Part shown: in pieces, positions 45,967 to 58,978 of the stretch
How the letters are laid out: every line of letters begins with the position of its first letter
How positions within the stretch are numbered: position 1 is the first letter of the stretch
Source of the DNA: Eledone cirrhosa
Lineage: Eukaryota
Length of the DNA: 64,000 bases
Direction of reading: 5' to 3'
Assembly (NCBI GenBank): GCA_964016885.1
Contig: OZ024746.1
Span: forward strand, 52,390,001 to 52,454,000
Notes under the pieces: model-generated
What the model saw: the letters and a program-made list of their open reading frames with translations, nothing else
Databases searched by the model: none
Told to the model about the DNA's origin: nothing
Program-made: the position numbers and the translations under genes

Positions 45967-46870
45967 ATTGTAGTTAGTGGTTGCTCAGATGGTCGCGTTG
46001 TTGTTGTTGTTATTGTAGTTAGTGGTTGCTGAGATGGTAGTGTTGTTGTTGTTGTTATTGTAGTTAGAGGATGCTGTGATGGTAGTGTTGTTGTTGTTGT
46101 TATTGTAGTCAGTGGTTGCTTTGATGGTAGTGTTGTTGTTGTTATTGTAGTTAGTGGTTGCTGTGATGGTAGTGTTGTTGTTGTTGTTATTGTTATTGTA
46201 GTTAGTGGTTGTTGTGATGGTAGTGTTGTTGTTATTGTTATTGTAGTTAGTGGTTGCTGTGATGGTAGTGTTGTTGTTGTTGTTATTGTAGTTAGTGGTT
46301 GTTGTGATGGTAGTGTTGTTGTTGTTATTGTAGTTAGATGTTGCTGAGATGGTAGTGTTGTTGTTGTTGTTATTGTAGTTAGTGGGTTGCTGTGATGGTA
46401 GTGTTGTTGTTGTTATTGTAGTTAGTGGTTGCTGTGATGCTAGTGTTGTTTTTGTTATTGTAGTTAGTGGTTGCTGTGATGCTAGTGTTGTTGTTGTTAT
46501 TGTAGTTAGTGGTTGGTGTGATGGTAGTCTTGTTGTTGTTGTTATTGTAGTTAGTGGTTGCTGTGATGCTAGTGTTGTTGTTGTTATTGTAGTTAGTGGT
46601 TGCTGTGATGCTAGTGTTGTTGTTGTTATTATTGTTATTGTAGTTAGTGGTTGTTGTGATGGTAGTGTTGTTGTTATTGTTATTGTAGTTAGAGGTTGCT
46701 GTGATGGTAGTGTTGTTGTTGTTGTTATTGTAGTTAGTGGTTGTTGTGATGGTAGTGTTGTTGTTGTTATTCTTGTTAGTGGTTGCTGTGTTGGTAGTGT
46801 TGTTGTTGTTATTGTAGTTAGTGGTTGCTGAGATGATAGTGTTGTTATTGTTGTAATTGTAGTTAGTGGT
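40690..46870. repeat. Near-perfect 3088-bp tandem duplication within the satellite
   Basis: Identical ORF pairs 41705/44793 and 43294/46382, both offset 3088; markers ttgaagagat and ggtcgcgtt are duplicated. Confidence 0.92.
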
Positions 46871-48484
46871 TCCTGAGATGGTAGTGTTGTTGTTGTTGTA
46901 ATTGTAGTTAGTTGTTGCTGAGATGGTAGTGTTGTTGTTGTTGTTATTGTAGTTAGTGGTTGCTGTGTTGGTAGTGTTGTTGTTGTTATTGTAGTTAGTG
47001 GTTGCTCAGATAGTCGTGTTGTTGTTGTTGTTATTGTAGTTAGTGGTTGCTGAGATGGTAGTGTTGTTATTGTTGTTATTGTAGTTAGTGGTTCCTGAGA
47101 TGGTCGTTTTGTTGTTGTTGTTATTGTAGTTATTGGTTGCTGTGATGGTAGTGTTGTTGTTGTTGTTATTGTAGTTAGTGGTTGCTGTGATGGTAGTGTT
47201 GTTGTTGTTATTGTAGTTAGTGGTTGCTGAGATGGTAGTGTTGTTGTTGTTATTGTAGTTATTGGTTGCTGTGATGGTAGTGTTGTTGTTGTTATTTTAG
47301 TTAGTGGTTGCTGTGATGGTAGTGTTGTTGTTGTTATTTTAGTTAGTGGTTGCTGTGATGGTAGTGTTGTTGTTGTTATTGTAGTTAGTGGTTGGTGTGA
47401 TGGTAGTGTTGTTGTTGTTATTGTAGTTAGTGGTTGCTGTGATGGTAGTGTTGTTGTTGTTGTTATTGTAGTTAGTGGTTGTTGTGATGGTAGTGTTGTT
47501 GTTGTTATTCTTGTTAGTGATTGATGTGGTGGTAGTGTTGTTGTTGTTATTGTAGTTAGTGGTTGCTGTGATGGTAGTGTTGTTGTTGTTTTTTGTAGTT
47601 AGTGGTTGCTGAGATGCTAGTGTTGTTGTTGCTGTTGTAGTTAGTGGTTGCTGTGATGGTAGTGTTGTTGTTATTGTTATTGTAGTTAGAGGTTGCTGCG
47701 ATGGTAGTGTTGTTGTTGTTGTTATTGTAGTTAGTGGTTGTTGTGATGGTAGTGTTGTTGTTGTTATTCTTATTAGTGGTTGCTGTGTTGGTAGTGTTGT
47801 TGTTGTTATTGTAGTTAGTGGTTCCTGAGATGGTAGTGTTGTTGTTGTTGTAATTGTAGTTAGTTGTTGCTGAGATGGTAGTGTTGTTGTTGTTGTTATT
47901 GTAGTTAGTGGTTGCTCAGATGGTCGTGTTGTTGTTGTTGTTATTCTTGTTAGTGGTTGTTGAGAATGTAGTGTTGTTATTGTTGTTATTGTAGTTAGTG
48001 GTTCCTGAGATGGTCGTGTTGTTGTTGTTGTTATTGTAGTTAGTGGTTGCTGAGATGGTAGGGTTGTTATTGTTGTTATTGTAGTTAGTGGTTCCTGAGA
48101 TGGTCGTGTTGTTGTTGCTGTAGTTAGTGGTTGCTATGATGGTAGTGTTGTTGTTGTTATTGTAGTTAGTGGTTGCTGTGATGGTAGTGTTGTTGTTGTT
48201 GTAGTTAGTGGTTGCTGTTATGGTAGTGTTGTTGTTGTTATTGTAGTTAGTGGTTGCTGTGATGGTAGTGTTGTTGTTGCTGTAGTTAGTCGTTGCTATG
48301 ATGGTAGTGTTGTTGTTGTTATTGTAGTTAGTGGTTGCTGTGATGGTAGTGTTGTTGTTGTTGTAGTTAGTGGTTGCTGTTATGGTAGTGTTGTTGTTGT
48401 TATTGTAGTTAGTGGTTGCTGTGATGGTAGTGTTGTTGTTATTGTAGTTGTTGTTATTGTAGTCAGTGGTTGATGAGATGGTAC

Positions 48485-48515
<31 letters not shown>

Positions 48516-51500
48516 ATTGTAATCAGTGGTTGCTGTGATGGTAGTGTTGTTGTTGTTGTTATTGTTGTTATTATAGTCAGTGGTTGATGAGATGGTACTG
48601 TTGTTGTTGTTGTTGTTATTGTAGTCAGTGGTTGCTTTGATGGTAGTGTTGTTGTTGTTGTTATTGTAGTTAGTGGTTGGTGTGATGGTAGTGTTGTTGT
48701 TGTTATTGTGGTTAGTGGTTGCTGTGATGGTAGTGTTGTTGTTGTTATTGTAGTTAGTGGTTGCTGAGATGGTAGTGTAGTTGTTGTTATTGTAGTTAGT
48801 GGTTGCTGTGATGGTAGTGTTGTTGTTGTTATTGTAGTTAGTGGTTGCTGTGATGGTAGTGTTGTTGTTGTTATTGTAGTTAGTGGTTGCTGTGATGGTA
48901 GTGTTGTTGTTATTGGAGTTAGTGGCTGCTGAGATGATAGTGTTGTTGTTGTTATTGTAGTTAGTGGTTGCTGTGATGGTAGTGTTGTTGTTGTTGCTAT
49001 TGTAGTTAGAGGATGCTGTGATGGTAGTGTTGTTGTTGTGGTTATTGTAGTTAGTGGTTGATGGTAGTGTTGTTGTTGTTGTTATTGTAGTTAGAGGTTG
49101 CTGTGATGGTAGTGTTGTTGTTGTTGCTATTGTAGTTAGAGGATGCTGTGATGGTAGTGTTGTTGTTGTTTTATTGTAGTTAGTGGTTGCTGTGATGGTA
49201 GTGTTGTTGTTGTTGTTATTGTAGTTAGTGGTTGCTATGATGGTAGTGTTGTTGTTGTTATTGTAGTTAGTGGTTGCTGTGATGGTAGTGTTGTTGTTGT
49301 TGTTATTGTAGTTAGTAGTTGCTGTGATGGTAGTGTTGTTGTTGTTGTTATTGTAGTTAGTGGTTGCTATGATGGTAGTGTTGTTGTTGTTATTGTAGTT
49401 AGTGGTTGCTGTGATGGTAGTGTTGTTGATGTTATTGTTGTTGTTGTTGTTGTTGTTGTTGTTATTGTAGTCAGTTGTTGCTGAGATGGTAGTGTTGTTG
49501 TTGTTGTATTGTAGTTAGTGGTTGCTGAGATGGTAGTGTTGTTGTTGTTGTTATTGTAGTTAGTGGTTGCTGAGATGGTAGTGTTGTTGTTATTGTAGTT
49601 AGTGGTTGCTGTGATGGTACTTTTGTTGTTGTTGTTGTTGTTGTTTTAGTCAGTTGTTGCTGAGATGGTAGTGTTGTTGTTGTTATTGTAGTTAGTGGTT
49701 GCTGAGATGGTAGTGTTGTTGTTGTTATTGTAGTTAGTGGTTGCTGTGATGGTAGTGTTGTTGTTGTTGTTATTGTAGTTAGTGGTTGCTGTGATGGCAG
49801 TGTTGTTGTTGTTATTCTAGTTAGTGGTTGCTGTGATGGTAGTGTTGTTGTTGTTGCTATTGTAGTTAGTGGTTGCTGTGATGCTAGTGTTGTTGTTGTT
49901 ATTATTGTTATTGTAGTTAGTGGTTGTTGTGATGGTAGTGTTGTTTTTATTGTTATTGTAGTTAGAGGTTGATGTGATGGTAGTGTTGTTGTTGTTGTTA
50001 TTGTAGTTAGTGTTTGTTGTGATGGTAGTGTTGTTTTTGTTATTCTTGTTAGTGGTTGCTGTGTTGGTAGTGTTGTTGTTGTTATTGTAGTTAGTGGTTG
50101 CTGAGAGGATAGTGTTGTTATTGTTGTAATTGTAGTTAGTGATTCCTGAGATGGTAGTGTTGTTGTTGTTGTAATTGTAGTTAGTTGTTGCTGAGATGGT
50201 AGTGTTGTTGTTGTTGTTATTGTAGTTAGTGGTTGCTGAGATGGTAGTGTTGTTGTTGTTGTTATTGTAGTTAGTGGTTGCTGAGATGGTAGTGTTGTTA
50301 TTGTTGTTATTGTAGTTAGTGGTTCCTGAGATGGTCGTGTTGTTGTTCTTGTTATTGTAGTTATTGGTTTCTGTGATGGTAGTGTTGTTGTTGTTGTTAT
50401 TGTAGTTAGTGGTTGCTGTGATGGTAGTGTTGTTGTTGTTATTGTACTTAGTGGTTGCTGAGATGATAGTTTTGTTGTTGTTATTGTAGTTAGTATTTGC
50501 TGTGATGGTAGTGTTGTTGTTGTTATTTTAGTTAGTGGTTGCTGTGATGGTAGTGTTGTTGTTGTTATTGTAGTTAGTGGTTGCTGTGATGGTAGTGTTG
50601 TTGTTGTTATTGTAGTTAGTGGTTGGGTGATGGTAGTGTTGTTGTTGTTATTGTAGTTAGTGGTTGCTGTGATGGTAGTGTTGTTGTTATTGTAGTTAGT
50701 GGTTGCTGAGATGATAGTGTTGTTGTTGTTATTGTAGTTAGAGGTTGCTGTGATGGTAGTGTTGTTGTTGTTGCTATTGTAGTTAGAGGTTGCTGTGATG
50801 GTAGTGTTGTTGTTGTTGTTGTTATTGTAGTTAGAGGTTGCTGTGATGGTAGTGTTGTTGTTGTTATTGTAGTTAGTGGTTGCTGTGATGGTAGTGTTGT
50901 TGTTATTGTTATTGTAGTTAGTGGTTGTTGTGATGGTAGTGTTGTTGTTGTTATTCTTGTTAGTGATTGCTGTGGTGGTAGTGTTGTTGTTGTTATTGTA
51001 GTTAGTGGTTGCTGTGATGGTAGTGTTGTTGTTGTTATTGTAGTTAGTGGTTGCTGAGATGCTAGTGTTGTTGTTGTTGTTATTGTATTTAGTGGTTGCT
51101 GTGATGGTAGTGTTGTTGTTGTTGTTATTGTAGTTAGTGGTTGCTGAGATGCTAGTGTTGTTGTTGTTGTTATTGTAGTTAGTGGTTGTTGTGATGGTAG
51201 TGTTGTTGTTGTTATTCTTGTTAGTGATTGCTGTGGTGGTAGTGTTGTTGTTGTTATTGTAGTTAGTGGTTGCTGTTATGGTAGTGTTGTTGGTGTTATT
51301 GTAGTTAGTGGTTGCTGAGATGGTAGTGTTGTTGTTGTTGTTGTTATTGTATTTAGTGGTTGCTGTGATGGTAGTGTTGTTGTTGTAGTTTTTGTAGTTA
51401 GTGGTTACTGTGATGGTAGTGTTGTTGTTGTTATTGTAGTTAGTGGTTGCTGTGATGGTAGTGTTGTTGTTGTTGTTGTTGTAGTTAGTGGTTGCTGTGA

Positions 51501-54079
51501 TGGTAGTGTTGTTGTTGTTGTAGTTAGTGGTTGCTGTGATGGTAGTGTTGTTGTTGTTATTGTAGTTAGTGGTTGCTGTGATGCTAGTGTTGTTGTCGTT
51601 ATTGTAGTTAGTGGTTGCTGTGATGCTAGTTTTGTTGTTGTTATTGTAGTTAGTGGTTGCTGTGATGGTAGTGTTGTTGTTGTTATTGTAGTTACTGGTT
51701 GCTGTGATGCTAGTGTTGTTGTTGTTACTGTAGTTAGTGGTTGCTGTGATGCTAGTGTTGTTGTTGTTATTATTGTTATTGTAGTTAGTGGTTGTTGTGA
51801 TGGTAGTGTTGTTTTTGTTATTCTTGTTAGTGGTTGCTGTGTTGGTAGTGTTGTTGTTGTTATTGTAGTTAGTGGTTGCTGAGATGATAGTGTTGTTATT
51901 GTTGTAATTGTAGTTAGTGATTCCTGAGATGGTAGTGTTGTTGTTGTTGTAATTGTAGTTAGTTGTTGCTGAGATGGTAGTGTTGTTGTTGTTGTTATTG
52001 TAGTTAGTGGTTGCTGAGATGGTAGTGTTGTTGTTGTTGTTATTGTAGTTAGTGGTTGCTCAGATAGTCGTGTTGTTGTTGTTGTTATTGTAGTTAGTGG
52101 TGGCTGAGATGGTAGTGTTGTTGTTGTTGTTATTGTAGTTAGTGGTTGCTGAGATGGTAGTGTTGTTATTGTTGTTATTGTAGTTAGTGGTTCCTGAGAT
52201 GGTCGTGTTGTTGTTGTTGTTATTGTAGTTAGTGGTTGCTGTGATGGTAGTGTTGTTGTTGTTATTGTAGTTAGTGGTTGCTGAGATGATAGTGTTGTTG
52301 TTGTTATTGTAGTTAGTGGTTGCTGTGATGGTAGTGTTGTTGTTGTTATTTTAATTAGTGGTTGCTGTGATGGTAGTGTTGTTGTTGTTATTGTAGTTAG
52401 TGGTTGCTGAGATGGTAGTGTTGTTATTGTTGTTATTGTAGTTAGTGGTTCCTGAGATGGTCATGTTGTTGTTGTTGTTATTGTAGTTATTGGTTTCTGT
52501 GATGGTAGTGTTGTTGTTGTTGTTATTGTAGTTAGTGGTTGCTATGATGGTAGTGTTGTTGTTGTTATTGTAGTTAGTGGTTGCTGTGATGGTAGTGTTG
52601 TTGTTGTTGTTATTGTAGTTAGATGTTGCTGAGATGGTAGTGTTGTTGTTGTTTTTATTGTAGTTAGTGGGTTGCTGTGATGGTAGTATTGTTGTTGTTA
52701 TTGTAGTTAGTGGTTGCTGTGATGCTAGTGTTGTTGTCGTTATTGTAGTTAGTGGTTGCTGTGATGCTAGTTTTGTTGTTATTGTAGTTAGTGGTTGCTG
52801 AGATGATAGTGTTGTTGTTGTTTTTGCAGTTAGTGGTTGCTGTGATGGTAGTGTTGTTGTTGTATTTTAATTAGTTGTTGCTGCGATGGTAGTGTTGTTG
52901 TTGTTATTGTAGTTAGTGGTTGCTGTGATGGTAGTGTTGTTGTTGTTATTGTAGTTAGTGGTTCGGTGATGGTAGTGTTGTTGTTGTTATTGTAGTTAGT
53001 GGTTGCTGTGATGGTACTGTTGTTGTTATTGTAGTTAGTGGTTGCTGAGATGGTAGTGTTGTTGTTGTTGCTATTGTAGTTAGAGGTTGCTGTGATGGTA
53101 GTGTTGTTGTTGTTATTGTAGTTAGTGGTTGCTGTGATGGTAGTGTTGTTGTTGTTGTTATTGTAGTTAGTGGTTGATGTGATGGTAGTGTTGTTGTTGT
53201 TATTCTTGTTAGTGATTGCTGTGGTGGTAGTGTTGTTGTTGTTATTGTAGTTAGTGGTTGCTGTGATGGTAGTGTTGTTGTTGTTATTGTAGTTAGTGGT
53301 TGCTGAGATGCTAGTGTTGTTGTTGTTGTTATTGTATTTAGTGGTTGCTGTGATGGTAGTGTTGTTGTTGTTGTTATTGTAGTTAGTGGTTGCTGAGATG
53401 CTAGTGTTGTTGTTGTTGTTATTGTAGTTACTAGTTGCTGTTATGGTAGTGTTGTTGGTGTTATTGTAGTTAGTGGTTGCTGAGATGGTAGTGTTGTTGT
53501 TGTTGTTGTTATTGTATTTAGTGGTTGCTGTGATGGTAGTGTTGTTGTTGTAGTTATTGTAGTTAGTGATTACTGTGATGGTAGTGTTGTTGTTGTTATT
53601 GTAGTTAGTGGTTGCTGTGATGGTAGTGTTGTTGTTGTTGTAGTTAGTGGTTGCTGTGATGGTAGTATTGTTGTTGTTGTAGTTAGTGGTTGCTGTGATG
53701 GTAGTGTTGTTGTTGTTATTGTAGTTAGTGGTTGCTGAGATGGTAGTGTTGTTGTTGTTATTGTAGTTAGAGATTGCTGAGATGGTAGTGTTGTTGTTGT
53801 TATTGTAGTTAGTGGTTGCTGTGAAGGTAGTGTTGTTGTTGTTGTTATTGTAGTTAGTGGTTGCTATGATGGTAGTGTTGTTGTTGTTATTGTAGTTAGT
53901 GGTTGCTGTGATGGTAGTGTTGTTGTTGTTGTTATTGTAGTTAGATGTTGCTGAGATGGTAGTGTTGTTGTTGTTGTTATTGTAGTTAGTGGTTGCTGTG
54001 ATGCTAGTGTTGTTGTCGTTATTGTAGTTAGTGGTTGCTGTAATGCTAGTTTTGTTGTTGTTATTGTAGTTAGTGGTTG

Positions 54080-57000
54080 CTGTGATGGTAGTGTTGTTGT
54101 TGTTGTTATTGTAGTTAGTGGTTGCTGTGATGCTAGTGTTGTTGTTGTTATTGTAGTTAGTGGTTGCTGTGATGCTAGTGTTGTTGTTGTTATTATTGTT
54201 ATTGTAGTTAGTGGTTGTTGTGATGGTAGTGTTATTGTTGTTATTATTGTTATTGTAGTTAGTGGTTGTTGTGATGGTAGTGTTGTTGTTGTTATTATTG
54301 TTATTGTAGTTAGTGGTTGTTGTGATGGTAGTGTTGTTGTTGTTATTATTGTTATTGTAGTTAGTGGTTGTTGTGATGGTAGTGTTGTTGTTGTTATTAT
54401 TGTTATTGTAGTTAGTGGTTGCTGTGATGCTAGTGTTGTTGTTGTTATTATTGTTATTGTAGTTAGTGGTTGTTGTGATGGTAGTGTTGTTGTTATTGTT
54501 ATTGTAGTTAGAGGTTGCTGCGATGGTAGTGTTGTTGTTGTTATTGTAGTTAGTGGGTGCTGTGATGCTAGTGTTGTTGTTGTTATTGTAGTTAGTGGTT
54601 GCTGTGATGCTAGTGTTGTTGTTGTTATTATTGTTATTGTAGTTAGAGGTTGTTGTGATGGTAGTGTTGTTGTTATTGTTATTGTAGTTAGAGCTTGCTG
54701 CGATGGTAGTGTTGTTGTTGTTATTGTAGTTAGTGGTTGCTGTGATGGTAGTGTTGTTGTTGTTATTTTAGTTAGTGGTTGCTGTGATGGTAGTGTTGTT
54801 GTTGTTATTGTAGTTAGTGGTTGCTGTGATGGTAGTGTTGTTGTTGTTATTGTAGTTAGTGGTTGCTGTGATGGTAGTGTTGTTGTTGTTATTTTAGTTA
54901 GTGGTTGCTGTGATGGTAGTGTTGTTGTTGTTATTGTAGTTAGTGGTTGCTGTGATGGTAGTGTTATGGTTGTTATTGTAGTTAGTGGTTGGTGTGATGG
55001 TAGTGTTGTTGTTGTTATTTTAGTTAGTGGTTGCTGTGATGGTAGTGTTGTTGTTGTTATTGTAGTTAGTGGTTGCTGTGATGGTAGTGTTGTTGTTGTT
55101 ATTGTAGTTAGTGGTTGCTGTGATGGTAGTGTTGTTGTTGTTGTTGTAGTTAGTGGTTGCTGTGATGGTAGTGTTGTTGTTGTTGTTGTTGTAGTTAGTG
55201 GTTGCTGTGATGGTAGTGTTGTTGTTATTGTAGATAGTGGTTGCTGAGATGATAGTGTTGTTGTTGTTATTGTAGTTAGTGGTTGCTGTGATGGTAGTTT
55301 TGTTGTTGTTGTTATTGTAGTTAGAGGTTGCTGTGATGGTAGTGTTGTTGTTGTTGCTATTGTAGTTAGAGGTTGCTGTGATGGTAGTGTTGTTGTTGTT
55401 GTTATTGTAGTTAGAGGTTGCTGTGATGGTAGTGTTGTTGTTGTTATTGTAGTTAGTGGTTGCTGTGATGGTAGTGTTGTTGTTGTTGTTATTGTAGTTA
55501 GTGGTTGTTGTCATGGTAGTGTTGTTGTTGTTATTCTTGTTAGTGGTTGCTGTGGTGGTAGTGTTGTTGTTGTTATTGTAGTTAGTGGTTGCTGTGATGG
55601 TAGTGTTGTTGTTGTTATTGTAGTTAGTGGTTGCTGAGATGCTAGTGTTGTTGGTGTTGTTGTAGTTAGTGGTTGCTGTGATGGTAGTGTTGTTGTTGTT
55701 ATTGTAGTTAGTGGTTGCTGTGATGGTAGTGTTGTTGTTGTTGTTATTGTAGTTAGTGGTTGCTGAGATGCTAGTGTTGTTGGTGTTGTTGTAGTTAGTG
55801 GTTGCTGTGATGGTAGTATTGTTGTTGTTATTGTAGTTAGTGGTTGCTGTGATGGTAGTGTTGTTGTTGTTGTTATTGTATTTAGTGGTTGCTGTGATGG
55901 TAGTGTTGTTGTTGTTGTTATTGTAGTTAGTGGTTGCTGAGATGCTAGTGTTGTTGTTGTTGTTGTAGTTAGTGGTTGCTGTGATGGTAGTGCTGTTGTT
56001 GTTGTTGTTATTGTATTTAGTGGTTGCTGTGATGGTAGTGTTGTTGTTGTTGTAGTTAGTGGTTGCTGTGATGGTAGTGTTGTTGTTGTTATTGTAGTTA
56101 GTGGTTGCTGTGATGGTAGTGTTGTTGTTGTTGTTGTAGTTAGTGGTTGCTGTGATGGTAGTGTTGTTGTTGTTGTAGTTAGTGGTTGCTGTGATGGTAG
56201 TGTTGTTGTAGTTAGTGGTTGCTGTGATGGTAGTGTTGTTGTTGTTATTGTAGTTAGTGGTTGCTGTGATGGTAGTGTTGTTGTTGTTGTTATTGTATTT
56301 AGTGGTTGCTGTGATGGTAGTGTTATGTTGTTGTTATTGTAGTTAGTGGTTGCTGAGATGCTAGTGTTGTTGTTGTTGTTGTAGTTAGTGGTTGCTGTGA
56401 TGGTAGTGCTGTTGTTGTTATTGTTATTGTATTTAGTGGTTGCTGTGATGGTAGTGTTGTTGTTGTTGTTGTAGTTAGTGGTTGCTGTGATGGTAGTGTT
56501 GTTGTTGTTGTTATTGTAGTTAGTGGTTGCTGTGATGGTAGTGTTGTTGTTGTTATTGTAGTTAGTGGTTGCTGTGATGCTAGTGTTGTTGTTGTTATTG
56601 TAGTTAGTGGTTGCTGTGATGCTAGTGTTGTTGTTGTTATTATTGTTATTGTAGTTAGTGGTTGTTGTGATGGTAGTGTTATTGTTGTTATTATTGTTAT
56701 TGTAGTTAGTGGTTGTTGTGATGGTAGTGTTGTTGTTGTTATTATTGTTATTGTAGTTAGTGGTTGTTGTGATGGTAGTGTTGTTGTTGTTATTATTGTT
56801 ATTGTAGTTAGTGGTTGTTGTGATGGTAGTGTTGTTGTTGTTATTATTGTTATTGTAGTTAGTGGTTGCTGTGATGCTAGTGTTGTTGTTGTTATTATTG
56901 TTATTGTAGTTAGTGGTTGTTGTGATGGTAGTGTTGTTGTTATTGTTATTGTAGTTAGAGGTTGCTGCGATGGTAGTGTTGTTGTTGTTATTGTAGTTAG

Positions 57001-58560
57001 TGGGTGCTGTGATGCTAGTGTTGTTGTTGTTATTGTAGTTAGTGGTTGCTGTGATGCTAGTGTTGTTGTTGTTATTATTGTTATTGTAGTTAGAGGTTGT
57101 TGTGATGGTAGTGTTGTTGTTATTGTTATTGTAGTTAGAGCTTGCTGCGATGGTAGTGTTGTTGTTGTTATTGTAGTTAGTGGTTGCTGTGATGGTAGTG
57201 TTGTTGTTGTTATTTTAGTTAGTGGTTGCTGTGATGGTAGTGTTGTTGTTGTTATTGTAGTTAGTGGTTGCTGTGATGGTAGTGTTGTTGTTGTTATTGT
57301 AGTTAGTGGTTGCTGTGATGGTAGTGTTGTTGTTGTTATTTTAGTTAGTGGTTGCTGTGATGGTAGTGTTGTTGTTGTTATTGTAGTTAGTGGTTGCTGT
57401 GATGGTAGTGTTATGGTTGTTATTGTAGTTAGTGGTTGGTGTGATGGTAGTGTTGTTGTTGTTATTTTAGTTAGTGGTTGCTGTGATGGTAGTGTTGTTG
57501 TTGTTATTGTAGTTAGTGGTTGCTGTGATGGTAGTGTTGTTGTTGTTATTGTAGTTAGTGGTTGCTGTGATGGTAGTGTTGTTGTTGTTGTTGTAGTTAG
57601 TGGTTGCTGTGATGGTAGTGTTGTTGTTATTGTAGATAGTGGTTGCTGAGATGATAGTGTTGTTGTTGTTATTGTAGTTAGTGGTTGCTGTGATGGTAGT
57701 TTTGTTGTTGTTGTTATTGTAGTTAGAGGTTGCTGTGATGGTAGTGTTTTTGTTGTTGTTATTGTAGTTAGAGGTTGCTGTGATGGTAGTGTTGTTGTTG
57801 TTATTGTAGTTAGTGGTTGCTGTGATGGTAGTGTTGTTGTTGTTGTTAATGTAGTTAGTGGTTGTTGTGATGGTAGTGTTGTTGTTGTTATTCTTGTTAG
57901 TGGTTGCTGTGGTGGTAGTGTTGTTGTTGTTATTGTAGTTAGTGGTTGCTGTGATGGTAGTGTTGTTGTTGTTATTGTAGTTAGTGGTTGCTGAGATGCT
58001 AGTGTTGTTGGTGTTGTTGTAGTTAGTGGTTGCTGTGATGGTAGTGTTGTTGTTGTTATTGTAGTTAGTGGTTGCTGTGATGGTAGTGTTGTTGTTGTTG
58101 TTATTGTAGTTAGTGGTTGCTGAGATGCTAGTGTTGTTGGTGTTGTTGTAGTTAGTGGTTGCTGTGATGGTAGTGTTGTTGTTGTTATTGTAGTTAGTGG
58201 TTGCTGTGATGGTAGTGTTGTTGTTGTTGTTATTGTATTTAGTGGTTGCTGTGATGGTAGTGTTGTTGTTGTTGTTATTGTAGTTAGTGGTTGCTGAGAT
58301 GCTAGTGTTGTTGTTGTTGTTGTAGTTAGTGGTTGCTGTGATGGTAGTGCTGTTGTTGTTGTTGTTATTGTATTTAGTGGTTGCTGTGATGGTAGTGTTG
58401 TTGTTGTTGTTGAAGTTAGTGGTTGCTGTGATGGTAGTGTTGTTGTTGTTATTGTAGTTAGTGGTTGCTGTGATGGTAGTGTTGTTGTTGTTGTTGTAGT
58501 TAGTGGTTGCTGTGATGGTAGTGTTGTTGTTGTTGTAGTTAGTGGTTGCTGTGATGGTAG
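54080..58560. repeat. Higher-order duplication, period ~2.3-2.45 kb
   Basis: Markers gggtgctgt (~54555/57002), gagcttgctgcg (~54691/57138) and gttatggtt (ORF starts 54966/57413) are all offset 2447. Confidence 0.88.
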
Positions 58561-58750
58561 TGTTGTTGTTGTTATTGTAGTTAGTGGTTGCTGAGATGGT
58601 AGTGTTGTTGTTGTTATTGTAGTTAGAGATTGCTGTGATGGTAGTGTTGTTGTTGTTATTGTAGCTAGTGGTTGCTGAGATGGTAGTGTTGTTGTTGTTG
58701 TTGTTATTGTAGTTAGTGGTTGCTATGATGGTAGTGTTGTTGTTGTTGTT

Positions 58751-58783
<33 letters not shown>

Positions 58784-58945
58784 ATTGTAGTCAGTTGTTG
58801 CTGAGATGGTAGTGTTGTTGTTGTTGTATTGTAGTTAGTGGTTGTTGAGATGGTAGTGTTGTTGTTGTTGTTATTATAGTTAGTGGTTGCTGAGATGGTA
58901 GTGTTGTTGTTGTTATTGTAGTTAGTGGATGCTGTGATGGTACTC

Positions 58946-58978
<33 letters not shown>

